Shown: positions 36,701 through 47,986, numbered from the stretch's first letter. The stretch: DNA of 64,000 nt from Psammoneis japonica (GCA_008632985.1 QPGO01000266.1:1-64000), one strand, 5' to 3'. The notes: generated by a model not told the origin, from the letters alone. Numbers and translations are program-made.

Positions 36701-37943
36701 CCGTGTTGATCAGAGTCAACACGTTGTTGCACATTTGTAGAAATTGCTTCCTCTTTTGGCAACCAGAAAATATCACAGTTGACCAGTGACGATAGTTCCC
36801 ATGCTCCTTCTCCACGTGAGGGAGAAAGCAACAGTCAACGATGGCCGTGGCAATGCTAAGACACTGTGCCGTGAAGTCCAATTTGGATTTAAAGCTCGAA
36901 AGATGAAGGAAGCAGTCCTCATTGCCAAGCTTTTCCCGTTGGATCATCTTGTATAAATCACTCATTATTGCATGGAGGTTCTTGCCGAATTTGGTGAGAT
37001 TGCCAAAGGACTCAGCAAGCTTCCGGTGCTCAAGAACATGGCTCCCATCTTTGCGACGGTGGCACAACCAACCACGGCTTTTCACATAATGAAAGCCATC
37101 ATCACACCCAAGAGATTGACCAACTACATCGCAAACAGCCAACACTTCCTCGAAAAAATGGGAGGACCGATTCTGGCGGTTGTAACAGATGAAGGGAAGA
37201 GCAATGAGATCAGGAGAGGGAGTCCACTCGTGAGATTCAAGAAACTTCTGACGACGGCGCTGCGTCTCAACAAGTTTTGTGAAACGCTTCTTGGAAATAC
37301 AGGCACCGCCAGTGCCCCCAGTGAAAACTTGGGCTTCATCGTCAAGCGCGAGGGGGGGTTTAGTGCGTAGCCCGACGGTGGTCACCGTGCTTTTATCGTC
37401 AGAGTCTGAGTCAGAAAAGTCGTCGCCATCGTTTTCGTCAGGAAACGAAAGATCACTAGCACACCCTGGGTTGTCGGGGGCGGCAATGTGGCCGGAATTG
37501 AGTTTTCTAGCAGGGACGTCAAACGATGTGTCGTCTGGAGGGCCACCGGAAACCTTGTCAGTACATGGAGTGGCCACCACCGTGCCGCTGCCCACGGAAT
37601 TGTCGGAATCGTCATCTTTTGGAGGAGAAGAACCCTTCAAATCATCATCGGGATGTGTTGCAGAGGCTTCTTGAGATGCCGTGGGGGGCAAGACACCGTC
37701 AGAAGGCCGTGCTGCCAATTCTGGAGGGGAAACAAGTTCCTGAAGAGATCCGTCGTGGTCGGGTGACGTGACATAAAACGCCGTTACGCCGGTTCCGGAA
37801 ATAGAATCTTCATCTGATGAGTCGGAGAGTGAGGAAAACACTCGCTTTCGCTTGGTTGTTGCTTTGAAGCGAGGCATGCGAGCGGCAGGAACAGCGTGCG
37901 GAGGGAAAAAGCGCCATGGGCAGTCAGAGCACCACAATCCCAC
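33723..37943 (-). CDS. Large cargo protein; candidate TET/JBP-like dioxygenase motif plus aGPT-Pplase/HhH-like C-terminal region
   Basis: 1406-aa uninterrupted ORF; HYDGEN at 35235-35252; ISEFRLMMIVQML...LGAAKQL...ECVLCD near 34010-34250. The confidence refers to coding status; the product call is tentative. Confidence 0.8.
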   Translation of the reverse strand: MGLWCSDCPWRFFPPHAVPAARMPRFKATTKRKRVFSSLSDSSDEDSISGTGVTAFYVTSPDHDGSLQELVSPPELAARPSDGVLPPTASQEASATHPDDDLKGSSPPKDDDSDNSVGSGTVVATPCTDKVSGGPPDDTSFDVPARKLNSGHIAAPDNPGCASDLSFPDENDGDDFSDSDSDDKSTVTTVGLRTKPPLALDDEAQVFTGGTGGACISKKRFTKLVETQRRRQKFLESHEWTPSPDLIALPFICYNRQNRSSHFFEEVLAVCDVVGQSLGCDDGFHYVKSRGWLCHRRKDGSHVLEHRKLAESFGNLTKFGKNLHAIMSDLYKMIQREKLGNEDCFLHLSSFKSKLDFTAQCLSIATAIVDCCFLPHVEKEHGNYRHWSTVIFSGCQKRKQFLQMCNNVLTLINTDAKLKNGKVAKILLTERLDGVKDYVSTQATAKGMARRHQELVERELHSTFKQSCGNTNRYKFRNLVIVRSRVRDLMHPYLSRAAKEKCVSSTKRRRKQSVASGRVSAGSLAPPPPSSNKKATNNAASQHTNAASDSTSAAPNASFSALSSQLSPANEDVDDAQDCQSFSGVSVTDAADAADAADDHVVIADPPTGGGEASIATSPAEKPSIPDKPIAATFSPRCAPLDARFPRGYCCSVASPSDLTKFAPRLRVSCNASEDDEDNEQSTYRELNLHHSPADCHLVDDLHHNLHSFETTDLLPSALNHDRELVIVPPKAQRVQDDAAILRLSGRIWQRHFGSLKIDAGMIARFVKEHGEKNNDRDDDDDADNHRIEFGACGRDNETLDNGKTIPARRFGFGVFEKEKDETTRNQIKSMLADIYDAMQRCHDELEVEYFGNLAPYGLDAQTELCGMALHDGLGAKVARNELGAVQVKTMPHFTKIHYDGENCVCHGYTKTGALCIFILDKLGNVVSVKFIANSRKRAGQHFDRSLTLKPLRTRMLKHVTHIKRAHDEFISKYKGPHRPPKDLNHRHPEHMFLDDYCPYEKKELDKDGSIVMDRMEFPTSCIRDLWLSMGITILFLVREAIGIRKVVRLAIVASYQTGFHRFFHIGMEYEEELTDPGADPALVYYELSQRLFGTGAGDIGVTPNRLNPSGYNFIETCCVIPEENGEGKRKPDGDIHTRRRGKRRCQGRLSFMEEELSPADADIDHLLQDDACTTNEPRVGNLQMSNVMDQMVDEILKLLKWIDEHTGTSDFHHAMLESQFRATLQEFPPQKTDISEFRLMMIVQMLIGAGIVVHPHKDLRNLVYPVSNLGAAKQLEHLDGEDRAVCSEALVVEHGIQHHGGSCRECVLCDWAAPNRVEGIIQEHFARGQHLFMLIGDDAAPSVKRYGTRYWDAISIMTESTFETCAALLSFLMTLCFVCFLMVSIEAIHHSIPTKLVMPLPNNTM

Positions 37944-38563
37944 GCAGATCCCATGGGGTCAAGATCCCCATGAGAAAACCGATGAGCTCGGTTTTTCCCA
38001 AAAACACAGGGAACTTGAGTTCGTAGGAGGGGAAGTAGGATGGACAAAGCCTGCAACCGGATTCCATGCGATTGTGTTGCAAAATGAATTGTTGTGGGAT
38101 GAAGGATGATGAATCACTGAGGCATGAATCCCAGGATCCAACGGACAACTCTCTCTGCTGCCCCCAGAGCAGACACAGCTGAAATTTCGTAAAATGATTG
38201 ACATCCACCATGAGGACGGGAATACAGTGTTTTTATCGAAAATACGTTAAAGACTCTGAATGCGAATGTTGTCAGTTGGAAGGCAACAACATTGTCTGGA
38301 TGTGAGGAAAGTCATGCCATGTGTGATAAATTTATTGGCACACAAGTAAATAACTGCACATAAGTCAAAAATGTCTCCAAGCAACACACACGTGTAATGC
38401 CAACAAGCATGGTGCAAATAAATAAAAACAGTGCATTCCCAACAAGTGCATTGAAAATAAATCTGTCTGGTGCAATTTCAACAAGCACGCGCGAAAACGC
38501 GCCATGACACATTGGGGTCACAAGACATGTGACTACTGCCCATTTCTACGGGTCTCTGATGCA

Positions 38564-41500
38564 CTCGCAGGTGCAGACATTGTGCTCTGTGGATTGATCA
38601 CTTCTCTAGATTTATCCATCCTTGTGTGCAAGAGTCTGCTGGAGGAAAAGAGACCTTGACTGGCAAAACCAAGCTCGAGAGATTCGCAGCAAAACACAAT
38701 ATAAAAATCGAGCACATTCATGCCGATAACGGCATGTTCGCCGCCGCAGAGTTCATGCAACACTGCGCTGAAAACAAACAACGAAACTCCTTTTGTGGAG
38801 TAGGAGCACACTGGCAAAACGGCATCTCGGAACGCCACATAGGCGTCATTGCCTCAATGGCGCGAACATGCCTGTCACACGCTCAGTCCCTCTGGTCTGA
38901 TGTAGCAACCACGGAATTATGGCCATTTGCCATCAGACAAGCTGTCAATTTCCATAATGTGTGCATCCGAAAAGGAAAAGAGAAAAACCCCTGGGAGCCA
39001 TTCACCGACGAGAAAGTGCCATTTCAAATGGACGATTTTCGCGTGTGGGGGTGTCCTGTTTACATCGCGGACAAAAGTGTCCAAGACGGGACTCACATCG
39101 GAAGATGGGCCGAACGGTCACGGCAAGGAGTGTACGTGGGACATTCGCTGGAACATGCCAGTAATGTCTATTTGGCATGGGACCCCATAACCAAACACGT
39201 CTCGCCACAATTTCAAGTCACATTCGACGAAAACTTTACAACCGTAGCGCCTGGAAAGACATCAAGCGATGATCTTGAGGCAGCTCTTGAGAAATTATTT
39301 AATGACCATGCAAACACTTGGACTCACCATGATGAATATTTCGATCATAATCGATATTATTTTGAAAAGAATATTTGGAGTAAGGACGACTTGCTCCGAG
39401 AACACGGTATCGACCCTCAAGCATACAAACATGCGCAAAAGACCAATCACAAATCACGAGGGAGAAAAAGAGACCGTGCTGGACAAGAAAAGCCAGACGA
39501 TGACGATACACCATCTGAGATTCTGCCAGCTGTTGATGTCTCGGCCGACACACCGACACATGCGGCAGCTGCACTAGCAGACACGACGATACTAGCAGAA
39601 TTGGCACACGCTGAAGCCTCCGAGGCTGTGCCACCTGTAGCGGCAGGTTCTTTATCGGAGAGAGCAGAGGGGACCCACTCATTGTCAAACCGACCGCTGT
39701 CGGTTAACAATGCGACACCGTTGATTGTAGACAATACAGTCACCCAGGGCCCAACTGTGGCAACTCTAGAGGATGCTACAACTTCTTTACCAACGAAAGA
39801 AGCCCTCCAACATTTAAACGATGAAGCAGACTATGCTCGTCATCAATTTCATGAATACAAACGCCGAAAAGGTTTAGATGACGACGCGACTTGTACAACA
39901 GCACAGAGCAATACGAAAAACAGTAACTTACCTGACGCGAACGCGTACATCACAATACCTCTATACCATAAAGAAGTTGCAGCTGAATTATACGAAGAGC
40001 TCGCACATCTGATGGCACTTATGGGTTCAGTAGACAATGACATACTTCTCGACGAAAATATATGGAACGAATCCAGTCCACTCGCTTTCGAAGCAGCGGC
40101 ACTAGGTAACGTCGATACCCTGACCCAGGGCCAGATGAAAAGAGTGCCAGACCGCGCCGAATTTGAAAAAGCCCAAGTTCCAGAAATACAAGGGCTAGTA
40201 GATATGGACGTATGGGAATACATACCACGTTCTGAAGTACCAAAAGACCACCGGTTGTTAAATGCAATCTGGTCATACAAAAGAAAAAGGAAACCAAGTG
40301 GTGAGCTTTCAAAATATAAAGCTAGAATATGCGTCGACGGTTCCAAACAACAACATGGAATAGACTATTGGGACACATTCGCCCCAGTCGTCGCATGGAG
40401 TACGGTACGACTGATATTGTGTCTAGCGGCAATCACCGGTCTGAAAAGCAGACAAGTGGATTATGTGCAAGCATTTCCACAAGCAGAACTGGAAGAACCA
40501 GTATATATGAGACTCCCAGAAGGGTGGGAAGTGAAAGACGAAAATGGAAACATCATACCAGACATGGTATGCAAACTGAAAAAGAACTTATACGGCACGA
40601 AAACTGCTGCACGAAACTGGTTCCAGAAACTATCAAAGGGATTGGAACGACGCGGTTTCAAGAAATCAAAAATAGACCCATGTCTATTCATCAGAAATGA
40701 CTGTATCATCTGCTCACACACAGATGATTGTTTAGCATTCGCTCCGGCGAACGATGTTATCACTACACTCATACAAGAACTCAAGCAAGACGAGTTTCAA
40801 CTTACCGACGAAGGCGATGTATCCGCTTTCCTCGGCGTAGATATTACCAATACCGCAGACGGCGAGATCCATATGACCCAGACAGGTCTTATTGATTCTA
40901 TATTGAAAGACCTCGGTCTGAGGTCCCACAACAATGAACCATTACAGAACAGGCCACAAACAAAGGCTGCTCCGGCAGCACAAATGCTGCATCCTGACAC
41001 GAACGGTCAGGAGCGTCAAGAACCGTGGAACTACCGGTCTGTCATCGGAAAGATGAGCTTTCTGGCACAAATGACTCGACCAGATATTGCAATGGCAGTA
41101 CAGTACATATGTGCGCTAGATTTTCTAATTGCCCAAAGGCATTGCACGAACGAGCAGTTAAGTACATCGGACGTTATCTGTTGGCAACTTCAACAGACGG
41201 TATTAAGCTCCGGCCGAAAGGGAAATTCTCCCTGGATGGATATGTTGATAGCGACTTCGCGGGAATGTGGCACAGAAATTTTGCCCATCTCCACGATACG
41301 AATCGCACCTGTCACGATCAGGATATATTATCACATTCGCAGGCTGTCCAATCTATTGGAAGAGCAAATTACAAACCGAGATAGCTCTCTCCTCAACCGA
41401 GGCTGAACTTATTGCACTATCACAGTGCCTAAGAGAGCTACTTCCAATGAGAACTATACTAGAAGAACTGTCCAAAACCATGGATTTTGAACTGGCAGAT

Positions 41501-41790
41501 TCACACATTGAATCTGGTTCTCTGGAAACTCGTGTACTTCCACACAAGCTTTCCCCATCCACAGTGCATGAAGACAATGCAGGATGCATTGTACTGGCCA
41601 CCTCTGACGAGCAATACAGAGCTAGAACTAAGCACATAAGCATCAAATGGATGCACTTTCGGGACCACATAAAACGTGGTTCTGTGAAGGTAGTAAAAGT
41701 TGATACAAACTATAACTGGGCAGACCTGCTCACTAAACCTCTTGGTAGGACCAAGTTCGAAGGTTAACGGTGCATGATAATGGGTTGGTG
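38564..41790 (+). pseudogene. pol: Copia element 2 pol, 3' part (integrase, RT, RNase H)
   Basis: HADNGMF, HWQNGISER, KYKARIC, VDYVQAFPQ, KNLYGTK, HTDD (YxDD position), GYVDSDFAG, LSSTEAE, HEDN, RTKHI, ADLLTKPL; frameshifts near 41105 and 41310. Confidence 0.95.
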
Positions 41791-42098
41791 ATATGTTAAG
41801 CAGTTCAAACAGACTGCCACTTTACTCAAAACAGCATTTTTGGACATGTGCAAACAGCACTTTTCATTTCACTTATCCTCGAAGCACGAGGGAGAGACAC
41901 ACCCTAGACACACCCTAGACATTTTCTAGGAATGCTCTAGAGGCTATGCACAGATATTGCTCCATCGGCTTAGCTCCATTACTAGCATTAGTCAGAGCCC
42001 TCGTCGACACGAGGGAGTGTCACGGTCAGCTAGAGCTCGTAGGACAGACGGACAGACGGACGGATGGACAGACGGAGCTCATTCGTACTGACTCATCA

Positions 42099-42912
42099 GA
42101 CCCGTCGTACTCGTGGCGGAGGGGTGTAATTCGGGGTGTAATTTTGGGGTGTAAAAACGCGCGTCGCGCGTTTTTACACCCCTCAAAAAAAATTACAGCC
42201 AACAAATAGGCCGCCAGAGGCATGTATTTTTTTCCTCTAAAAAATTCTGCGAGCCTGTAATTTTTCGTACGAAAACAGACTCATCATCGTCCATGACGGC
42301 AGATAACATCAGAATTGTCGAACAACAATGGCAACCAACAAGCAACAACGAACATCAGTCAATAAGAGATGTGAAAAATCGTTGCTGGGGAGCTATTATG
42401 ATGTGTTTATGAAAGAAAGAACGGCAAAAAACGATGAAATTGAAGTCAACGGAGAACAAAATGATGGCAACTCCATACCTTTTCAGAAGAAAAACACGTC
42501 ATATGGTTGCTGATACCTTAGATATGGATACATCAGTAACACATAATGTTAATCACGTTATCATACATCGATTAGGCTTGTCAGAACAGTGTTTTGACAT
42601 GTGTAAGGTCGCAGCGGAGCCGCCGAACGCCATGGTGGTTTGATGCAGTCAATAGCATGTTCAACCTCGCGTACAGATAAGTTGATTAAAAATGGATATA
42701 TGGTGTTATTCCTGATTGTGTATCAACATTTTCTCAGGAGTGTGTGTTCAACGGATATCATTGCTCGCAGAATTACAGATGCCAAGTTTCACAATCTCGT
42801 ACTCGTGCGAAAAATGGGTGTAATTTTGGGGTGTAAATTCGCGCGATGCGCGTTTTTACACCCCCAAATTACACCCCGAAATACACCCCAATTTCCACGA
42901 GTACGACGGGTC
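42099..42912. mobile_element. 814-bp MITE, PIF/Harbinger-like
   Basis: Perfect 18-bp TIR GACCCGTCGTACTCGTGG; 3-bp TSD TCA; subterminal GGGGTGTAA repeats and ~37-bp palindromes at both ends. Confidence 0.85.
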
Positions 42913-43020
42913 TCAGAGAGATGATGTCAAAGATTCTCTGATGTAGCTAGCTCATAGACCATAGAGTAGTCGTAAGCCTCTTTAGCTCACAATGTCTACA
43001 CAAGACACAGGGCTGAGCTC

Positions 43021-46000
43021 GAATTGTCGGTGGGCGTGGTGTCTGGTTGCTGAGGGCGTTGATCTATCCGCTCTGCAGCTTCCATAAAGAGGTGACGGAT
43101 GGTGTTTCGGTCGTGACCTCTTGCGACGAGTCTCTTCGCAAAGTTTTCTGCGGCGTTGGTATAATCGCGTACGTCAGAATTTTGCATCCAGAACCGTCGT
43201 AAGTTTCCATATATGATGCTCTTCAGGACTCCTTGTGGGTGGGCGGAGCTGGAAGGTATGTATAAAAAAAAGATTCATTGGTTTTTGGTACGTTTTTGTA
43301 ACAATGCATCTGTCTTCTCCAATCTTTATTTCCAGGTCCAGGAAGATTGCAGAGGTAGAAAGTGGGGAGGTAACCCATTGAAGGGGGCCTGAGTTATTAA
43401 GTGCATTTTTGAAAGCTTCCCAGGTATCTCCACTGTTTCCAGTCCATACTCCAAGTATGTCCTCAATGAACCATCCATGGCACAGGAGGTTCGGGGCGAA
43501 TTTTTTCGTTATTACTTGCCGTTCATGCAGCGCTTTGTACAGTGTGGCGTACATGCAAGCGGTGCTTGTACCCATAGCCGTTCCGGTCGTCTGTAGCCAG
43601 AAGGTGTCGTCGAATTGTATGATGTCACTGGTCATGACGACCTTCAAGGTTTCCAGAAAAAAAGTGTTTTGGGAAGGCTTCTGGTATCTCGTCAGGGTAT
43701 TCTGAGAACCAGGTTTCAAACACTTGGAGTGCATGATTCGTATCGATGTTAGCGTACATGCCCACTGCATCAACTGTGAATAGTCGTGCATCTGGTGGCA
43801 GCTCTTTCAAGGCTCGTAGGTCGGCGAGGACTTGGTATGAGTCTCGGATGAAGGACCGGGAGAGCGTAAGTAGCTGTTTCATTTTATGATCGAGCCAAGT
43901 CGAAAATATTTCGTTGAAGCTACCGACACAACTAACGATTGGCCTTGTTCTCCAGGGTGAGTTGTGGACTTTAATGGTGATATAGAATTGGGGGACGCGG
44001 TGGGGTAGTTTGAAACTTCTGGTAAAGTAAGTGCATTCTGCGGCACTTAAAATGTTTTTTGCTTCCTCATGTGCTTTCTTGAGCTTTTCTTTTGTACCCG
44101 CTAGGAGTTGGTCTTTTTTCTCCAGAGGCAGTCGTTGGTAGTTCCGCTTGTTCAGCAGATGGTCTGTCAAGGCTCTTGATATGTAGGTTTTTCGCTCAAG
44201 GATTACGGGCCCGAGATTTTTATCGCTGAGGCATACAATGAATCTCCTGTCTGCCTTCAGGGTTTTTAAGAGGCGGCACTGCATGGGTGTAAGGTTGCAG
44301 CGTCTTCGGCCGGCCGCAGCTAGGCGGCTCATACATTCGACTCGTGCTGCAAAGTCCATCATGCGGAGTTCGAGGTTGCCTTTTTCTATTTTGGGTGGGT
44401 CCCAGTTTGACTTGACGCACAGTCCTGGAATGTAGTCGTCACCCGCGGTTTGGGCGTCTGCATTCATAAGGAAATGTCTAAGGCGTATTGATCGACAGAG
44501 CCGGTCTATGCTTTCCTTAATTCTTGGGCTTGGTTTTGGCGTTTCGATGCAGTACTTGTGTCCAAGGCCTAGCAGCATTGCGAGTCCCGGTGGGGGTTGT
44601 GTGGTTGTGCACAAACTGTGGTAGGCCAAGTTGTTAGGTCGATTGAAGTGGTCGGGTGCTTGCATGTTTCCGAGTACGTTGGCTGCGTTCTGCCAGGGGT
44701 TTAGATTTGGGTTTGGCATGAACCCAAATGTATGCTGGCAGTAATTGTTGGCGATTATTTCGGCGGTATCAATTGGCTGTTGGGTGTTCTGGTAGGTCAT
44801 TTGCGCCTGCCGCCTGTTTTCTTGTTGCTGGAGTCGCTTCGCCCGCTGTTGCGCCGTGCGCCTCGAGGTCCTTTTGCGTTTCCTTGGCCTTTTTTCCTCT
44901 TGTTGTCTTGAGGGCCTTTGTTTTGTCCGTAGTTTCTTTTGAATCTTCGTTTCTTGCTTGGCGGACCGTTTTCTTTTCGTGTTGCTGGGCGTTTCTTTCT
45001 CGGGCCTTGTTTTTGTACTGCCGGTGGGGCTTTCCGGTCGCCCTTTGCGTTTTTTTGCTTGTTCTTGCCTTGTGGCTTTTTCTTATCCTTGTTTGCAATT
45101 TCTATCTCTTCGCGTACTACCTGCCTAAGGAGGGGCGGTGTTGCAGTTGATTCTTGTTCCAGAGCTGCAGCCGTTGCTTCTGCGGCCTCCTTTTCTGGCG
45201 AGAGTACCACATTGCGGTAACTCTGGCGTTCGCTTGCGCCATCTCACGCTCGTGGTTAATTTGCCGTTGTGAGCAAAGTGTTACTTCTTCAAAGGCATCG
45301 TACTTGGCTTGTGTGTTGGTTTTCAGCGTGAAGAGTATGCTGAGAATAGCGTTGATGTCTTGCATCGTTAGCCGGTCTTCCTCTTCTTCGTCACTAGTTT
45401 GGGAGGGCTGTCTTAACGGAGGGGAGGCGAGAGCGGCTGCGGTGGTTGTGGTGGCAGTGGTGTCGGGTTGCGACGCTTCGGGTTCGGCATCAGTGCCATG
45501 AGCCGAGGTTTGCGTTGTACGGATGGCGGTGGCATGAGGGTTGGGGATGGTGGGGCCCTTAGTGCTGGCACTTGCAGCCACTTGGTTTGTGGCTACGTTT
45601 GCTTCTTCTGGTTCCTCTTGGGTGCATGAAGGTATGTAGGCATCTTCTTCTAGGTTGAGTTGCCTTTTTATTTCCTTTATCACGACGTCTTTGTGCACGT
45701 TGAGGTGCAGGCAGTGGATCTCAAATGACACTACGTTTTCCAGGTAGTGAATTAGACCGCATCCTGCAAGACGACGATTGGGTATGTTCATGTCACCTTT
45801 TCCTTGCTCCTTGTGGAAGTGCAAGCACAGTTCAAAGAGGTCCAAGCTGGCGCTTACGAATGTGGAGGTGCATTCAGCTTTCGCTGCAGCTAGCTCCAAT
45901 TCCGCCATTTGTTGCATCAGTTTCGTGCCTTTATCTTGGAATTCGGTGAGCACCTCTTTGAAGTCATTAACAAGCTTTTTTGCTTCGTCATCGTCTTTAA

Positions 46001-46659
46001 GCTTGTCGCTGTGTTGCAGCCCCAGCTTTAGGCGGAGGCTGCGTGGGATGAATGGAGGCTCCTGTTTGCCGGTGAAGGCCTCTAGGGTTTTCTCTCTTCC
46101 GTGCACTTTTTCGTTTTGCTCTATCATTCGCAGTGCAAAGCTTTTCATGGGTTCCCTGAGAGTCCTGTTGGCTGCGTCTCAATGGCTGCCCTGCAGAACC
46201 TGAACGTGTCTTTATGACCTTGTTCAGGTGCATGTATTGTGGGCCCCGTTTTTTTTGACTCCTTTGGGTCAATGCCAGCAAAGGACACTTTGCGTGTTGC
46301 TGCATTGGTGTTTCTGGCTTTTTCCGGAGTGATCTGGTTGGACGCACTGGTGTTAGTCATTTTTCTTTGTTCACGCACTGTATTGGGGTTCTCTAATGTA
46401 CTAAACACCTTTGGCACTAACAAGACTCTATTTTGTCTTGCCTAACCTGCAAAGCTCGACGATGTAAGCTTTCGCTTCATCAGTGCGGTTGGCATTTTTC
46501 TCGTGAGCTAAAAAAGTTGAGATCGGCATTTTCAACGGCTGAGGTTGCAGCTGACCTCATCTCACTTGCCGTTAAAAAATAACGGGCCGTTAGGAACGTG
46601 CCGATGCGCGCAGTCTTTGCCCAAAACTCCGTTGTGGAGAAAAAGGTGGGCGTCGTCTT
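43021..46659 (-). mobile_element. Penelope-like retroelement, frameshifted, lacking the 3' (GIY-YIG) end
   Basis: RT motifs SDKNLG, RPIVS, DAVGMYANI, QTTGTAMG, FIEDI, FLDLEI, TYQKPMN and thumb region in ORFs 44800-43174; long N-terminal ORF pieces 46423-44797. Confidence 0.88.
46440..46493 (-). ncRNA. Candidate minimal type I hammerhead ribozyme
   Basis: GCCAACCGCA-CUGAUGA-AGC-GAAA-GCUU(acaucguc)GAGC-UU-UGCAGGUUAGGC: core boxes present; stem I (two bulged A) and stem III pair; lies just 5' of the PLE ORF. Confidence 0.7.
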
Positions 46660-46802
46660 CTCAGTTGATGGTCTGAGCCTACGAGCTAAAGACTAGATGG
46701 CATGGACCAGCCTACTGTTGTTTGGTGATTGGGGTTTTGTGGAGTTGAGTCATTGCTACAATTGGTAAGTTATTGGCTCAGAGCTCCGGTGACAGTAAGA
46801 AC

Positions 46803-47263
46803 TGATGCATTTCACACCTGCTCATGGAAGAATTTACAAAGGCACATTAGTTAATGTTTTCATTTTCCGTGTTTTTACCTTCTGTGGTGTGTATACACAA
46901 TGCACTGTGCTCAAAGAACGAGTATAAACGAAAGTAGAATCAAGCATGAAAAGTGAAAATTATGAAATTAAATTTTACTCTGTGATTTTTGGTTTCTCCG
47001 AACGAGTTCTCAATGGCCTAAAGCTTCTGTACTGCTTCTACAGACAAAAGGCCTTTCGGAGGATATATTCATGACAACAGATTGTCAGGATACGATTGCC
47101 ATTGACACGTAAGATGTCAACATCGTCAATCGATCGTATTTGCAATTTTCAACATCCGATCAACTCTGTGTGATCGTTCTGTCCTTTGTACGTATCCAAG
47201 ACTGTGGTGCGATTGACATATAAATAATATATCTGAACATGCATATAACAGTCGCATGCTGCA
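46803..47263 (-). repeat. Gypsy LTR copy
   Basis: Direct repeat of 14712-15178. Confidence 0.88.
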
Positions 47264-47309
47264 TGTGTACAAAAATCCATAATGGAATTCATAACCATCA
47301 CAGGATCAA

Positions 47310-47702
47310 GGGGGGTCAGTTGCTACTTTTTTAGCTCAAATTCGACCAAATAGCTCGTGTTTAGCATGATTTTTCCTGAATTTTTCCATGCTTCACCGTG
47401 GTGAAAACAACAAGCCATAAGTCTGTGATGGAGGTGGTCCGTCTACCAACTCTCATTTATTTTATGTTTGTCATGTGTCAAAGACTGTACATACATGAAA
47501 AGTTGGTGGATGGCAAACTACGTTTTTGAGAAATATCGATGATTGTCATCATCGTCGTGCTTCGATCGCGGTGCTGATGGTTCTTGTTTTCGTGCGCAAT
47601 CTGGTGTGACTATGAATAATTCTTGTATTCAAAATTAAACACTATAAAAAACCTCATTCAAAGGCAACGGCAATTTTAGGATAAATGCGGGGATGACCCC
47701 CC
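47310..47702. mobile_element. MITE with GGGGGGTCA TIRs, possibly Kolobok-like
   Basis: GGGGGGTCA...TGACCCCCC flanked by TCAA and TTGA, each one step from TTAA. Confidence 0.65.
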
Positions 47703-47986
47703 TTGATCATCAAGACGAAATGGTCATATCCTTGACCATCGTTAATCACTCATGAAACGTGGTAGTGCAGCAGAGCAATGTGGCACATGAAGTAAGCCCG
47801 CCAAACTGCACGAAATAGGGCCCTACACAAGTACCATAAGTAAGTGAACGCCAATTAAGAGCATACATCGAGTGCTGGGTAGAATGCCATGTACAATCGA
47901 TACCACCATGAAAGAACAGCAGGACAATTGGTCCTTGTGTCCACATCATGAACAAAATAACATCAGAGAGAATGCTCGACGCAATT

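Larger units (their letters stand above)
24228..38561. mobile_element. 14.3-kb cargo-bearing DNA transposon (Plavaka/CACTA-like) inserted in copia integrase
   Basis: 13-bp TIRs CATCAGAGGCCCG / CGGGTCTCTGATG; 2-bp TSD TA (24226-27) and CA (38562-63); removing it restores AAA CCA ACT ACT CGC AGG = KPTTRR in frame. Confidence 0.93.
42018..46794 (+). repeat. 3' LTR of copia element 2, split by a MITE and a Penelope-like insertion
   Basis: PPT GAGGGAG followed by TGTCACGG at 42018; matching inverted end CCGGTGACA at 46786-46794; LTR pieces 42018-42098, 42913-43020 and 46660-46794. Confidence 0.75.

Noticed and set aside
24228..38561. Polinton/Maverick or endogenous virus
   Set aside because: No DNA polymerase B, packaging ATPase, capsid or retroviral-type integrase motifs; short TIRs and a 2-bp TSD
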